From the NCBI GenBank assembly GCA_021734945.1, contig JAIPIA010000002.1, positions 258,829 through 322,828 on the forward strand: 64,000 nucleotides of DNA, written 5' to 3'. Below, piece after piece: positions 10,982 to 20,500 of this stretch. The position numbers were made by a program, and so were the translations under genes. Below the pieces are notes generated by a model. That model was not told where the DNA came from and searched no databases. It saw only the letters and a program-made list of their open reading frames with translations. The stretch is from Minisyncoccota bacterium (GTDB lineage Bacteria; Patescibacteriota; Minisyncoccia; Phycocordibacterales; CAIZLB01). Numbering within the stretch: the stretch's first letter is position 1; the number at the start of each line of letters is the position of its first letter.

Positions 10982-11629
10982 TCATGAAGGTTCCATCATC
11001 TTAGGAACCTTCACAACAGGCTTTTTGTGTTGGGACCCTGAATTGGATGAAGAATTTTGACCCTTACCATTTGCTTCAACTCCTTCGGGAATGAATTCAA
11101 AGTAATAGATGCATTTACCGTCGGAATTAAAACCCTTGATTTTATGAGGTTCATCCTTCTTGTTCGACATCCTTACCAGAAATCTGTCGCAAAGTGGAAG
11201 TGTGGAGACAGGAGTACTGTACGATCCGATGTACTCAAAGAAACTAAATATTTTTCCCCCATCCACCGACTTCAGAGTGACTGTTATTCGAGGGCATATG
11301 CCGTACTTCGCCGAAGACTCCCCAGTATAAGGATTGATAATCGTGTAGACGAACGGTAACTCAGCGTGAGTAAAATTGAGAGCCTTGTATTCTGCACCAA
11401 AAGAGGTGCTTTCTTTCAAGGTAAACACAATCGAGTCTGAGACTTTTACTTTACCTCGATGCTTGGCTGGACTCGAATGGTGATTCAAGACATTGTCTGC
11501 GGCTTTTGAAATACCCTCCGACGCTTTTGCAAGCGCCCCACTGACACAGCCGGTCAATATGAGACTGAAAAAGGCCAACACAAAAGACAGAACTTGGACA
11601 ACGAACTTTGTTTTTTGAAGTGTTTTCAA
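10982..11629 (-). CDS. Hypothetical lipoprotein (orphan)
   Basis: Hydrophobic stretch ending in lipobox LTGC; upstream promoter-like TTGACT...TAGTAT; downstream hairpin CAGTCCACC...GGTGGACTG. Confidence 0.6.
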   Translation of the reverse strand: MKTLQKTKFVVQVLSFVLAFFSLILTGCVSGALAKASEGISKAADNVLNHHSSPAKHRGKVKVSDSIVFTLKESTSFGAEYKALNFTHAELPFVYTIINPYTGESSAKYGICPRITVTLKSVDGGKIFSFFEYIGSYSTPVSTLPLCDRFLVRMSNKKDEPHKIKGFNSDGKCIYYFEFIPEGVEANGKGQNSSSNSGSQHKKPVVKVPKMMEPS

Positions 11630-11769
11630 TTCTAATATGAATCTACTAATTCCTTTTCCACACAGATTATGCAGAAATTAGGTTAATCCTAGAAATTAAT
11701 AGATTCATCCTCCTGCACTTATACTATTCTCATATCAAAAAGAGTCAATAAAGTGTGAAATCAAGATCA

Positions 11770-11809
11770 AAACAAAAACCACCGCTCTTTCGAGAAGTGG
11801 TTTTTGTTT
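11770..11809 (-). terminator. Intrinsic terminator after rpsG
   Basis: AAACAAAAACCAC...GTGGTTTTTGTTT inverted repeat. Confidence 0.7.
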
Positions 11810-11873
11810 ACTAGTGTCGGGTACCCAGAGTATACACAACGGGTACTTGAGGCACATGTTGTAGTTTGGACTT

Positions 11874-12344
11874 TTACCAAGCAAAGTGAGCAAAGGCCTT
11901 GTTGGCTTCTGCCATTTTGTGTGTGTTTTCCTTCTTTCGAACTGCTTCACCTTCATTCTTAGCTGCTGCGATGAGTTCATCTGCGAGCTTCTCATGCATA
12001 GGTGCTCCTTTCTTTGATCGGGCTGCATCGATAATCCACTTCATTGAGAGGTAGAGTCGTCGTTCAGGTCGAACTTCTCGAGGAACCTGGTAGTTTGCAC
12101 CACCAACTCGTCGTGATCGCACTTCAACTGCAGGTGCAGTGTTCTTGAGAGCCGTATTGAAGATTTCAATAGGGTTTTCAGTTTTCATCTTTTCAGCGAT
12201 TGTGTCGAATGACCGGTACACAATTGCGATAGCTGTTGTCTTCTTTCCTGACCACATACAGTAGTTGATGAACTTACCAACTTCTGCTGAGTCGTACTTG
12301 AGATCAGCCTTGGCTATATTACGATTTTTTACTTTTCGTCGCAT
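11874..12344 (-). CDS. rpsG: 30S ribosomal protein S7
   Basis: EVRSRRVGGANYQVP, HKMAEANKAFAH. Confidence 0.99.
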   Translation of the reverse strand: MRRKVKNRNIAKADLKYDSAEVGKFINYCMWSGKKTTAIAIVYRSFDTIAEKMKTENPIEIFNTALKNTAPAVEVRSRRVGGANYQVPREVRPERRLYLSMKWIIDAARSKKGAPMHEKLADELIAAAKNEGEAVRKKENTHKMAEANKAFAHFAW

Positions 12345-12416
12345 TTTATTGGAAAATGTTAGGGGAAATTGTCTAATAATTCGCAGATTTTATTCAGTTT
12401 GACGCTTCATTGCGCT

Positions 12417-12475
12417 GACTTACTCTGCTTCTTGTACGATGTATTTCTCATCGCGATCCCTTGAGGGGATAAGTC
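12417..12475 (-). promoter_or_regulatory. Multibranch RNA in rpsL-rpsG spacer (candidate S7 autoregulatory site)
   Basis: GACTTA/TAAGTC closing stem enclosing ATCCC/GGGAT and CGATG/CATCG hairpins. Confidence 0.5.
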
Positions 12476-12895
12476 TTACTTCTTTGCTGCTTTTGGTCGT
12501 TTTGTTCCGTATCCTGATCGTCCTTTTCGTCGTTTTTCAACGCCTGCACAGTCGAGAACTCCTCGAACTACTGTATATCTGATACCAACATCCTTTACTC
12601 GTCCACCTCGTAGAAGTACTACGGAGTGTTCTTGTAGGTTGTGTCCCATACCAGGGATATACGCTGTAACTTCAAGACCATTTGTAAGTCGTACTCGGCA
12701 AATCTTTCGAATCGCTGAGTTAGGCTTCTTTGGAGTCTTTGTTGTTACCTTTGTACAAACGCCTTTCTTAAACGGTGAATCGTAAAAGACAGGTCGGTTC
12801 TGAAGAACGTTGAAACCTCGAGTAAGAGCGATAGCCTTACTCTTTTTCTTCGCCTTCGATCGACTTTTCTTTACTAATTGATTAAGTGTAGGCAT
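12476..12895 (-). CDS. rpsL: 30S ribosomal protein S12
   Basis: [27 protein letters not shown]. Confidence 0.99.
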   Translation of the reverse strand: MPTLNQLVKKSRSKAKKKSKAIALTRGFNVLQNRPVFYDSPFKKGVCTKVTTKTPKKPNSAIRKICRVRLTNGLEVTAYIPGMGHNLQEHSVVLLRGGRVKDVGIRYTVVRGVLDCAGVEKRRKGRSGYGTKRPKAAKK

Positions 12896-13079
12896 GTGCC
12901 TTTGTTTTAATTAATTTGTTAATAATGACTTTAGAAACAAAAAATTTTGGAAATTTCCAAAATAGTCTTATTTTAAGCCTATTGTTAGATCCATCACGTG
13001 TTCCGCACGCTTTGAAACTAGAAATAAAATGCTTCGAAAAAGCACTTGTTAGAAGATTACTATATATATGGCTCGTAAG

Positions 13080-13153
13080 CAAGGTGAAACACTTGTGCAA
13101 AGCCAAGGTGAAACACTTGTACAGAGGACAAGGTGAAACACTTGTGCAGAGAA
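13080..13153. repeat. Three tandem 24-25-bp repeats, core CAAGGTGAAACACTTGT
   Basis: Units start at 13080, 13104 and 13129; identical 17-bp quasi-palindromic core. Confidence 0.9.
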
Positions 13154-13167
13154 CAACCACAATCACA

Positions 13168-13773
13168 TTAAATCCCTACAAAAACCCTATACACCCAGAA
13201 AATAACAGGTACGAAGTACTGCCATACAAAGAAAATGAAGAAAAGAGTAGCAAATAAGCCATATGTTGCGTAAAATCGGTTCAACTGCTCGCTAGATTGA
13301 TATGGAAGGATATTGGAAAGAATCTTTGAACCATCGAGAGGAGGTAGAGGCACGAGATTAAACAATGCAAGCACAAGGTTAATAAGGATTGTCATAGATA
13401 AAATAGCAAGAGTGGCATCAGGTAGAATAGTCCCAAAAGTACGCAGTACAATTGACCCAAGGAGTGCTATTAGGATATTAGAAAGAGGTCCAGCAAAAGC
13501 AACAAAAAACTCGCTTGTACGGCCATTTTTGAGGTTGTAGGGGTTATACGGAACTGGTTTAGCCCAACCAAACATAAGACTGCCCGGCAAAAGGGCACAG
13601 AGGAGTGGCACAACGATTGAACCCATTGGATCAATGTGCTTTATAGGGTTTAAAGTTAAGCGTCCTTGGTATTGTGCTGTACGATCGCCCTGCCACAAAG
13701 CAGCTAAACCATGGGACACCTCATGGACTACTATAGATATAATTAGTATTGCGAGATTGAAAAGTGAGGACAT
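13168..13773 (-). CDS. Site-2 protease (peptidase M50)
   Basis: HEVSH zinc motif, AGPLSN, FNLVPLPPLDG. Confidence 0.93.
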   Translation of the reverse strand: MSSLFNLAILIISIVVHEVSHGLAALWQGDRTAQYQGRLTLNPIKHIDPMGSIVVPLLCALLPGSLMFGWAKPVPYNPYNLKNGRTSEFFVAFAGPLSNILIALLGSIVLRTFGTILPDATLAILSMTILINLVLALFNLVPLPPLDGSKILSNILPYQSSEQLNRFYATYGLFATLFFIFFVWQYFVPVIFWVYRVFVGI

Positions 13774-13926
13774 ATTGGATGAATTAGGATATAAGTAACA
13801 TATTAGGACAATATTGAGTCTTATAGCTGTATGTCTATATTAACACAAGGGATTCACTATACTGACACAAGAACCTCATTTAAAACATTTGCTAATCGTT
13901 AAAAATATGATAGCATGCTCCTACAT

Positions 13927-14169
13927 ATGGCAAAAGTATGCGCAATAACTAAAAAAGGTTCTATGGTGGCTGGAGGGTATTCAAACCGAACTCGAGCAAC
14001 CAAATTCAACCCAACAGGGATGAAGAGAAAGTACCCAAACCTTCAGAAGAAGCGAATTTATATTCCTGAACTCCAGAAGTCTATGACTGTGACTATTTCA
14101 ACAAAGGCACTCAAGACTATCCAGAAGAACGGAGCATTCGCAACATTCAAAAAGGCAGGTCTTATCTAA
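13927..14169 (+). CDS. rpmB: 50S ribosomal protein L28
   Basis: MAKVCAITKK...KRKYPNLQKKRI...ISTKALKT. Confidence 0.92.
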   Translation: MAKVCAITKKGSMVAGGYSNRTRATKFNPTGMKRKYPNLQKKRIYIPELQKSMTVTISTKALKTIQKNGAFATFKKAGLI

Positions 14170-14232
14170 ATTATAAACGGACGCCAGGCGGTGGATGGAG
14201 CATAGGATAGACAACAGACCGCATCGGGGCGT

Positions 14233-14271
14233 AAAAATAAAGACTTCTCAGAGATGGGGAGTTTTTATTTT
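14233..14271 (+). terminator. Terminator after rpmB
   Basis: AAAAATAAAGACTTCTC...GGGGAGTTTTTATTTTT. Confidence 0.55.
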
Positions 14272-14402
14272 TATTTTTGCTCTATAACCATGCTCAGTTG
14301 AGTGATTGATTTCCAATGAGGATGCGTGAGTATCATATACCCGAAGTACATACTTCGGGTACTCAACACGTCTATGACACAAACGAAATGTAATACTGAT
14401 AA

Positions 14403-15566
14403 TTATTTAGAAGTCTTTATAGTGAGATTCTTAGCATCAGAATAAAAGCTAATCGTCCCATCAATATCTGTTCTTAGAGTTCGCCTAAAATTTGAATCTT
14501 TTTCTTTAAATGCGTTCAAATTATCCAAAACTATTTTATGTGGATGATTATAACGATTACCAATTCCAGCGGAAATAACTGCGAAATTAGGTGAAACCAC
14601 ATTTAGAAAATTCGGTGAGGTTGAAGTTTTTGACCCATGATGACCTAATTTTAAAACATCAGCGTGTATTCTTTCTCCATATTTTTTAATAATAAAATCC
14701 TCCACTTCAATCGGCGCATCGCCCGTTAGAATAAATGAAGTACTACCAAATGTAAGCTTTCCTACAACCGAATTTAAATTCGTTTCTGTACTCAAAAATT
14801 TTAAGCATGGATTTCTTTTTTGTGTTTTAGATATGGTCTTTGATTTTATCTTATTCTGTCCACTACTCTCATTTTTATTTTGCATACCATTTTTGCACTT
14901 TTGGTATGCTTCAATTTGAAAGTCAAAGTCAGGGAAGAGAACATCAAAATGCACATTATCTTGTTGATCTAAGACAATACTCATTCCTGCTGTAAGAGTC
15001 AAAAGCCTTTGATGCATTTGAGGCGATGTATCATGAATATTTTTTTCTTTGAGTTTTGCAATTAGATCTGTGTCACCAATCGACGTCATTAAATCTTTGA
15101 AGATTTTAGTTTCCGAACTTAATCCAGAGAATGTGAATCTCTGAAATCCAAACTTCTCTATTACTTTTTTCATCGAACCGATGTGGTCTGCATCTGCATG
15201 TGTTGCAAGTAAGATATTTAAATTACGGTCAAATATATTTTTAAACTTTTGGATCTCAGAAATTACTTTTTCGTTTTGAGGTCCGCTGTCAATGAGCATA
15301 GAATTGCTATTTCCAACTTGTATTAAAATTGCGTCACCTTGACCTACATCTAAAAAATGAACCTGCAGTTTTGATTTTGTATTATTTAGACTTTGAAAAA
15401 TGTAACCTACAAACGCAAAACTAAATATCACAAAAAGTAGAAATAGCATCCCAATTGTTTTGTGATTTTTCAAAACTTTTTGGAATATTTCGGCCCAAAT
15501 TTGCGCATGATTTGTTAAATTTTGTGGCAGTTTTTGAGATGTCTCTGTGTGGTATACTTTGCTCAT
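14403..15566 (-). CDS. ComEC/Rec2 metallo-beta-lactamase domain protein
   Basis: FLDVGQGDA, THADADHIG, LTGDA, LGHHGSKTS, YNHPH, RTD; N-terminal TM helix. Confidence 0.9.
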   Translation of the reverse strand: MSKVYHTETSQKLPQNLTNHAQIWAEIFQKVLKNHKTIGMLFLLFVIFSFAFVGYIFQSLNNTKSKLQVHFLDVGQGDAILIQVGNSNSMLIDSGPQNEKVISEIQKFKNIFDRNLNILLATHADADHIGSMKKVIEKFGFQRFTFSGLSSETKIFKDLMTSIGDTDLIAKLKEKNIHDTSPQMHQRLLTLTAGMSIVLDQQDNVHFDVLFPDFDFQIEAYQKCKNGMQNKNESSGQNKIKSKTISKTQKRNPCLKFLSTETNLNSVVGKLTFGSTSFILTGDAPIEVEDFIIKKYGERIHADVLKLGHHGSKTSTSPNFLNVVSPNFAVISAGIGNRYNHPHKIVLDNLNAFKEKDSNFRRTLRTDIDGTISFYSDAKNLTIKTSK

Positions 15567-15601
15567 TATTAGGTTTGTTACTTTATGATTAATTTATACA
15601 T

Positions 15602-16207
15602 ATGACATTTACTGAAAGAAAATTCGACATTAAAAAACTTGAGGGTATTTCAGAGAATTCCATTAATGAGCACCTTAAACTATATGCAGGATATGTTAAA
15701 CATTCGAATGTCATCATAGACAAAATAAATGTATTGGCATCTGACATTGAATCTAACTCTTATATTATCGGAGAACTTCAACGAAGATTTGGATTTGAAT
15801 TTGATGGAATGAGAAACCATGAATACTATTTTGAACAGCTTGAAAATGGACCAGTTGATATAGACATGACGGCTTCTTTCGTAACAAAAGTTACTGAGAC
15901 TTTTGGAACATTTGATGCATGGGTTTCTCGTTTTAAAAGTCTTGCTATGACTCGTGGAATTGGATGGGCTATTTTATATTACGACCCTGAAACAGACAGA
16001 CTCTTAAACGCTTGGATTGATGAACAACATCTAGGACATTTAACTTCTCTAAAAGTCATCTTGGCATTAGATATGTGGGAGCACTCATACATGCTTGATT
16101 ACGTGCCTTCTGAGAAGAAAAAATATGTTGAAGCATTCTTTACAAACCTCAATTGGAAATGCGTTACAGAACGTTTTTCAAAGGCCGTTTCACAGAAAAG
16201 TCTGTAA
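15602..16207 (+). CDS. sod: Fe/Mn superoxide dismutase
   Basis: EHLKLY, NHEYYF, LDMWEHSY metal-ligand motifs. Confidence 0.9.
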   Translation: MTFTERKFDIKKLEGISENSINEHLKLYAGYVKHSNVIIDKINVLASDIESNSYIIGELQRRFGFEFDGMRNHEYYFEQLENGPVDIDMTASFVTKVTETFGTFDAWVSRFKSLAMTRGIGWAILYYDPETDRLLNAWIDEQHLGHLTSLKVILALDMWEHSYMLDYVPSEKKKYVEAFFTNLNWKCVTERFSKAVSQKSL

Positions 16208-16324
16208 CACCGCAAGACCCTCTCGTGGTGATTACCAAGATTTATTTTTTGATTCTAGATGCGAGAGAAGTGGTCAGAATCAATACACATTCTCTTCCGA
16301 GATAGCAAAAAGCCCTCTCAGGAT

Positions 16325-16370
16325 AATAAAAACAACCTCTTTCACATGTTACACAGAGGTTGTTTTTATT
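16325..16370. terminator. Bidirectional terminator between sod and comEC
   Basis: AATAAAAACAACCTCT...AGAGGTTGTTTTTATT. Confidence 0.7.
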
Positions 16371-16371
16371 T

Positions 16372-17937
16372 TTATGAGGGTGCAATCATTTGAACTGAGC
16401 CCATCTTTTCAGAAAGCGATTTTCCCGTATTTAAAAAAATACTAATCAAAATAACGATAAAATACATCCCAAAAAAAATTAGTGGGGTTATTGGTGGTAA
16501 TGTAATTGCCGCGAATGGTAGTGCTGAAAAATAACCTACAGTGACTAGTTCATATTTGAGCAGTACCCATGAAACGAACGCTGGCAAAAATGCCAAAAGC
16601 GATGTCATGAAACTAATAACACCAGTTAGAAACACGAACAACATAGTGAGGGGAATAAGGGGTAAGACAAGAGCATTAACAGGTATTGCCACCAATGAAA
16701 CAACTCCAGAAAATTTTATAATAAATGGCAGAGTAAAAATTTGAGTAGCAATAGTAGTCGCAATCAGAGATACAAAACTTTGTGGTATATATTTTAAAGA
16801 CGAAGAAAGAAGACTGCTTAAACTTTGAAGTTTGTCCTTTGTCCTTTTCAAAATATCCTCAATCGGACTTCCTAAAAATATTAGTCCGAGAGTTGCCATA
16901 AAACTTAATTGAAAAGATGGGTCATGCAAAAGGAGTTTTGGATTTTGAAAAAGCATTAAAAAACCTGCAACAATAAGTGAGACTAATGCTGAATTATTCC
17001 GCCCAGATAAGCGTGCATATATTCCTATAATAGACATAATGACCGATCTACAAACAGTTGCTCCACCACCAGTCATCACGCCAAATAAAATTATTCCCAC
17101 TGAGCCAAAAATACCTCCCCAAAACTTTGGAAGAAATGAGAAAAATTTACTTATTGCCTCACCTACAATTGAAACATTTGAACCAGACAAAACTACGATG
17201 TGTATTAACCCCACTTTTTGAAATTGTTCCTGCAGTTCTTTATCCAAGGAACCTTTGCCAGATATGATTAAACCAGTCGCCAAAAATGCATATGGTGCTG
17301 GCAAAATATCTTCAATATTCTGCATAAATTTGCGCTTAATCAAATATAGGGTTTGTGTAATTTTGTCAGCCTGACCAGTACCAATCAAATGAACATTTTC
17401 AGCATCTGCTATATAAAAAATATTATCCTTTTGCAAGAAATACTCATAATCAAAATCTCTACCATCTGAACCCTCAATCAGTTTTGGTTTTGTTATTTTT
17501 GCATCAAAGCGTATATAATCGCCATATGTGGGTCTATTCAAATTCGCAGAATTTGAATACTGCTCGACACTGGAATTAACACTAGAATTCTTGAGTTCTG
17601 TTGTTCGACTTTTTTCCTTAACTAAAATTTTTGATCCTCTATCAGATAATATTTTTGGATTAGTCCCGATATCAGTACTATTATTTTTAACCAGAACCTC
17701 ATACTTCCAGTATGTCTTTTTGAATTCTGGGTCTGAGATAATTATTCCTTCAAACTGAAAGCTTTTATTCTGATCAAATAAATTCTTTAAATACGTATTA
17801 TCAAAATCGGCGTAACAATATCGGACCGTGACAAATAAAGTAGATAGCATAAATAGCAGAAAGTATGCGAACTTTCTTTTAATTATCCCCGCATCTTTGA
17901 CTGAAAATAACTCACTTTTAATATCTTGCCCTTGCAT
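16372..17937 (-). CDS. comEC: ComEC competence protein, membrane channel domain
   Basis: GLIHIVVLSGSNV, R-S-x-x-M, SFQLSFMAT; multiple TM helices. Confidence 0.9.
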   Translation of the reverse strand: MQGQDIKSELFSVKDAGIIKRKFAYFLLFMLSTLFVTVRYCYADFDNTYLKNLFDQNKSFQFEGIIISDPEFKKTYWKYEVLVKNNSTDIGTNPKILSDRGSKILVKEKSRTTELKNSSVNSSVEQYSNSANLNRPTYGDYIRFDAKITKPKLIEGSDGRDFDYEYFLQKDNIFYIADAENVHLIGTGQADKITQTLYLIKRKFMQNIEDILPAPYAFLATGLIISGKGSLDKELQEQFQKVGLIHIVVLSGSNVSIVGEAISKFFSFLPKFWGGIFGSVGIILFGVMTGGGATVCRSVIMSIIGIYARLSGRNNSALVSLIVAGFLMLFQNPKLLLHDPSFQLSFMATLGLIFLGSPIEDILKRTKDKLQSLSSLLSSSLKYIPQSFVSLIATTIATQIFTLPFIIKFSGVVSLVAIPVNALVLPLIPLTMLFVFLTGVISFMTSLLAFLPAFVSWVLLKYELVTVGYFSALPFAAITLPPITPLIFFGMYFIVILISIFLNTGKSLSEKMGSVQMIAPS

Positions 17938-17971
17938 CCCCTCATTATAGTGAGAGAGGTGAAACTTTGTA

Positions 17972-18790
17972 TCAATTTTTCTTAAACTCAGATTTTATAT
18001 TTTCTTCATCAGATTTTGAAGTTGATTTTTTGAATCGCGCCTTACTTTTACCTTTTACTCTAGCTTCGCACTCGGCCCATGTCGCATGAGTTTTTAGTTC
18101 ACCATCAACCATACTGACATATGAATATGCGAGTTTACCTGAACTTGAACTTTTCTTTCTCGCTTTCAATTTATCTTTTGCTCCCTGATTTACAGCTTCG
18201 AGATTTAAAATATCAGCGCCCATATCTGAAGCTTGATAGTTAGCAAGTGTACCTGTAAAAAGATTGATATTTTTCTTTGCTTCATCACTCGTTCCTTTTG
18301 CATCTGCAAAGGCTGTAGCTATAACATCACATCGTTCGTTTCCGAAAACGCCAGCATGGCCCTCTATGAGATTCCATTTCGTTTTAAGTCCACGACCATA
18401 CATAAGAGCGTCGAGATCTTTCCACTCTTCTCGATTCTTAACTTCTTCCTTACCAGCAGTTATCCAATTATTTTTCTTCCAGCCATGTATCCATTGTGTA
18501 GCGCCCTGTAGCACATACTTTGAATCTACATAAAAATTGAATGTATGTTCTTTGAGTTCAATATCACTGTAATAGCCCACAAAATTTTTAATCCCCTCTA
18601 TGACCGCTTGAAGCTCCATCTTATTGTTTGTAGTGAGGTCTTCTCTACCACCAAGCTCATCCACCATCATCTCCCCGTGAGCATTTGGATAAATAGCTAC
18701 TACTCCATACCCCCCTCTTCCAGGATTACCTCTAGATGAGCCGTCTGTAAATATGATTATGTCTTTATCTTTTATTGAAAGGGTTTTCAT
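17972..18790 (-). CDS. rnhA: Ribonuclease HI with C-terminal viroplasmin-like hybrid-binding domain
   Basis: FTDGSSRGNPGRGG, TNNKMEL, DSKY, GHAG, GNERCD; C-terminal TWAECEARVKG. Confidence 0.92.
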   Translation of the reverse strand: MKTLSIKDKDIIIFTDGSSRGNPGRGGYGVVAIYPNAHGEMMVDELGGREDLTTNNKMELQAVIEGIKNFVGYYSDIELKEHTFNFYVDSKYVLQGATQWIHGWKKNNWITAGKEEVKNREEWKDLDALMYGRGLKTKWNLIEGHAGVFGNERCDVIATAFADAKGTSDEAKKNINLFTGTLANYQASDMGADILNLEAVNQGAKDKLKARKKSSSSGKLAYSYVSMVDGELKTHATWAECEARVKGKSKARFKKSTSKSDEENIKSEFKKN

Positions 18791-18969
18791 GGGGGGGGGG
18801 TGTAATGATTTAAATTTGGAATGTTGTGATTGGAATATATGATATCACACACACTTTATGCAGCCCGTGATGTTTATGTGTATTAGATACGGCGATATGC
18901 TGAAATATTAAGCAATACAAAAGCCCACATAACGGACCTTTGTAGGTTAAGGTTGCTCGAATGTGGGCT

Positions 18970-19308
18970 TCAAATCGCGCAAGGCATGTCTTCATCCTCG
19001 CATATTTGACCATAGTCAAAAGAAATAAAGATAAAAAGAACGGTAAAGACAATTGATAGACTGACCACAAATGGGTCAATCCAAAACTCTAAAATCAGAC
19101 CAATTAGATACAAGCCTGCAATTGAGAGTCTCCAGAGCATATGGTATCCGAGAAGGAATGAACCAATGTTTTGACTGATGATAGCGCGGGTAGTCATTGC
19201 ATCATGCTCAAGTTCGTCCTCTCCTCCAGCAAGAAGAGCAACGATATAGAATGTGATCCAAAGGCATGGGTACCAAGCGAAGAGGAAAAGGACGGACAAG
19301 ATGTTCAT
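18970..19308 (-). CDS. Hypothetical membrane protein (orphan)
   Basis: 112 aa with about three hydrophobic segments; upstream TTTACT-N17-TAATAT. Confidence 0.5.
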   Translation of the reverse strand: MNILSVLFLFAWYPCLWITFYIVALLAGGEDELEHDAMTTRAIISQNIGSFLLGYHMLWRLSIAGLYLIGLILEFWIDPFVVSLSIVFTVLFIFISFDYGQICEDEDMPCAI

Positions 19309-19480
19309 AAGGTTACAGAATTGGGTGGAAGGTGGATGGGTAGTGGAGATGAAGAGAGTGAAGAGTCTAACAATGATTGGCCGAGGAATTTATTTTTCAA
19401 GCAACACAAGATGTGTATCTGTCAGGATATTACATTTTCTTGTGAGAAAAGTAAAATTTCCTTCCATACGTATATTTAAA

Positions 19481-20497
19481 TTAGTTATACTGTAGCTCCC
19501 AAGGAAATCGCCCTTCCTCTAACAATGCCTTCAAATAAGGCTCGAGACGATATTTTGAATCAGTGTTATTTACCCTAAACCAATAACTTATCTTTGTTAT
19601 AGCTTCAACCACAAAAGCATCTTTCAATAAATCCATATCAACTTTTGACCCTGTCTGTTTTTCATAAGCACTCAAAATATCTTGTACATAAGTTGTAAGA
19701 ATAGACTGCGTATGTGCCGCCATAACCAACGTATGAGCTAAATCAACGACAGGTAAACAAAGTGCTGGATTTGGGTCTGTTATAACTTGCGGTGGTCCTG
19801 CAAATATATTATAAGAAGAAAAATCCATATGACCTAAGATAATATTAGTATCCTCATCTTGTTCTTTATCTATTATATTTTTAAAAGCTTTATCAATTCC
19901 AATAAACCAAACTTTTGGAAAAATATCCAACTCCTCGAGTTTGGTCAAACCTAGTTCCTTATAAAAATTTCTCTCTGTTGTCTCCGCGTGATTTGAAATA
20001 GAATCTTTTAAATCCTTTGGAATTTTTGTATCCTCTTTAAGTTGTCCAGAATGTAAATCTGCCTGCAATCTTCCTAATATTTCAGCTACTTCTCCTTCAC
20101 TATATAGACCATCTTTAGAAGACTCCTTAAGATTTTTACCATCAATGAATTCCATAATAAAGTATGAGAGGTCTCCTTCATTACCTACAACATAGACATT
20201 TGGAACTTTAGCACCAATACTTTTCCAATATTCAAAAACAGCTGCCTCTTTTGATGAACCATTTCCCCCTCTAATTTTTAAAACGAACTTATTATTTTTT
20301 TCAACAGCGTTAGTTATTTTTACAACTACAGATATTAAACCCTCATAAAAGTATTCAATCAGCACATCATCGCCCAAAAGATTTTTATTTTTATAACAAA
20401 CTGAAATAATTAAATCTTTTGAATTATTTCTCAATAAAATACTTTTCTCTGGGATTTTACTATCTATTCTTGGCTCATTAAGAAATGTAACGCTCAT
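19481..20497 (-). CDS. Aminoglycoside/choline phosphotransferase-fold kinase
   Basis: FVLK, VPNVY, IMEFIDG, Brenner motif HMDFSSYNI, ITDP. Confidence 0.8.
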   Translation of the reverse strand: MSVTFLNEPRIDSKIPEKSILLRNNSKDLIISVCYKNKNLLGDDVLIEYFYEGLISVVVKITNAVEKNNKFVLKIRGGNGSSKEAAVFEYWKSIGAKVPNVYVVGNEGDLSYFIMEFIDGKNLKESSKDGLYSEGEVAEILGRLQADLHSGQLKEDTKIPKDLKDSISNHAETTERNFYKELGLTKLEELDIFPKVWFIGIDKAFKNIIDKEQDEDTNIILGHMDFSSYNIFAGPPQVITDPNPALCLPVVDLAHTLVMAAHTQSILTTYVQDILSAYEKQTGSKVDMDLLKDAFVVEAITKISYWFRVNNTDSKYRLEPYLKALLEEGRFPWELQYN

Positions 20498-20500
20498 TCC

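Noticed and set aside
13080-13153. Possible mini CRISPR array
   Set aside because: Intervening sequences are only 7-8 nt and similar to each other; no cas genes in the window.
19481-20497. Antibiotic resistance gene
   Set aside because: Only general APH/choline-kinase fold motifs are present; the substrate cannot be inferred.
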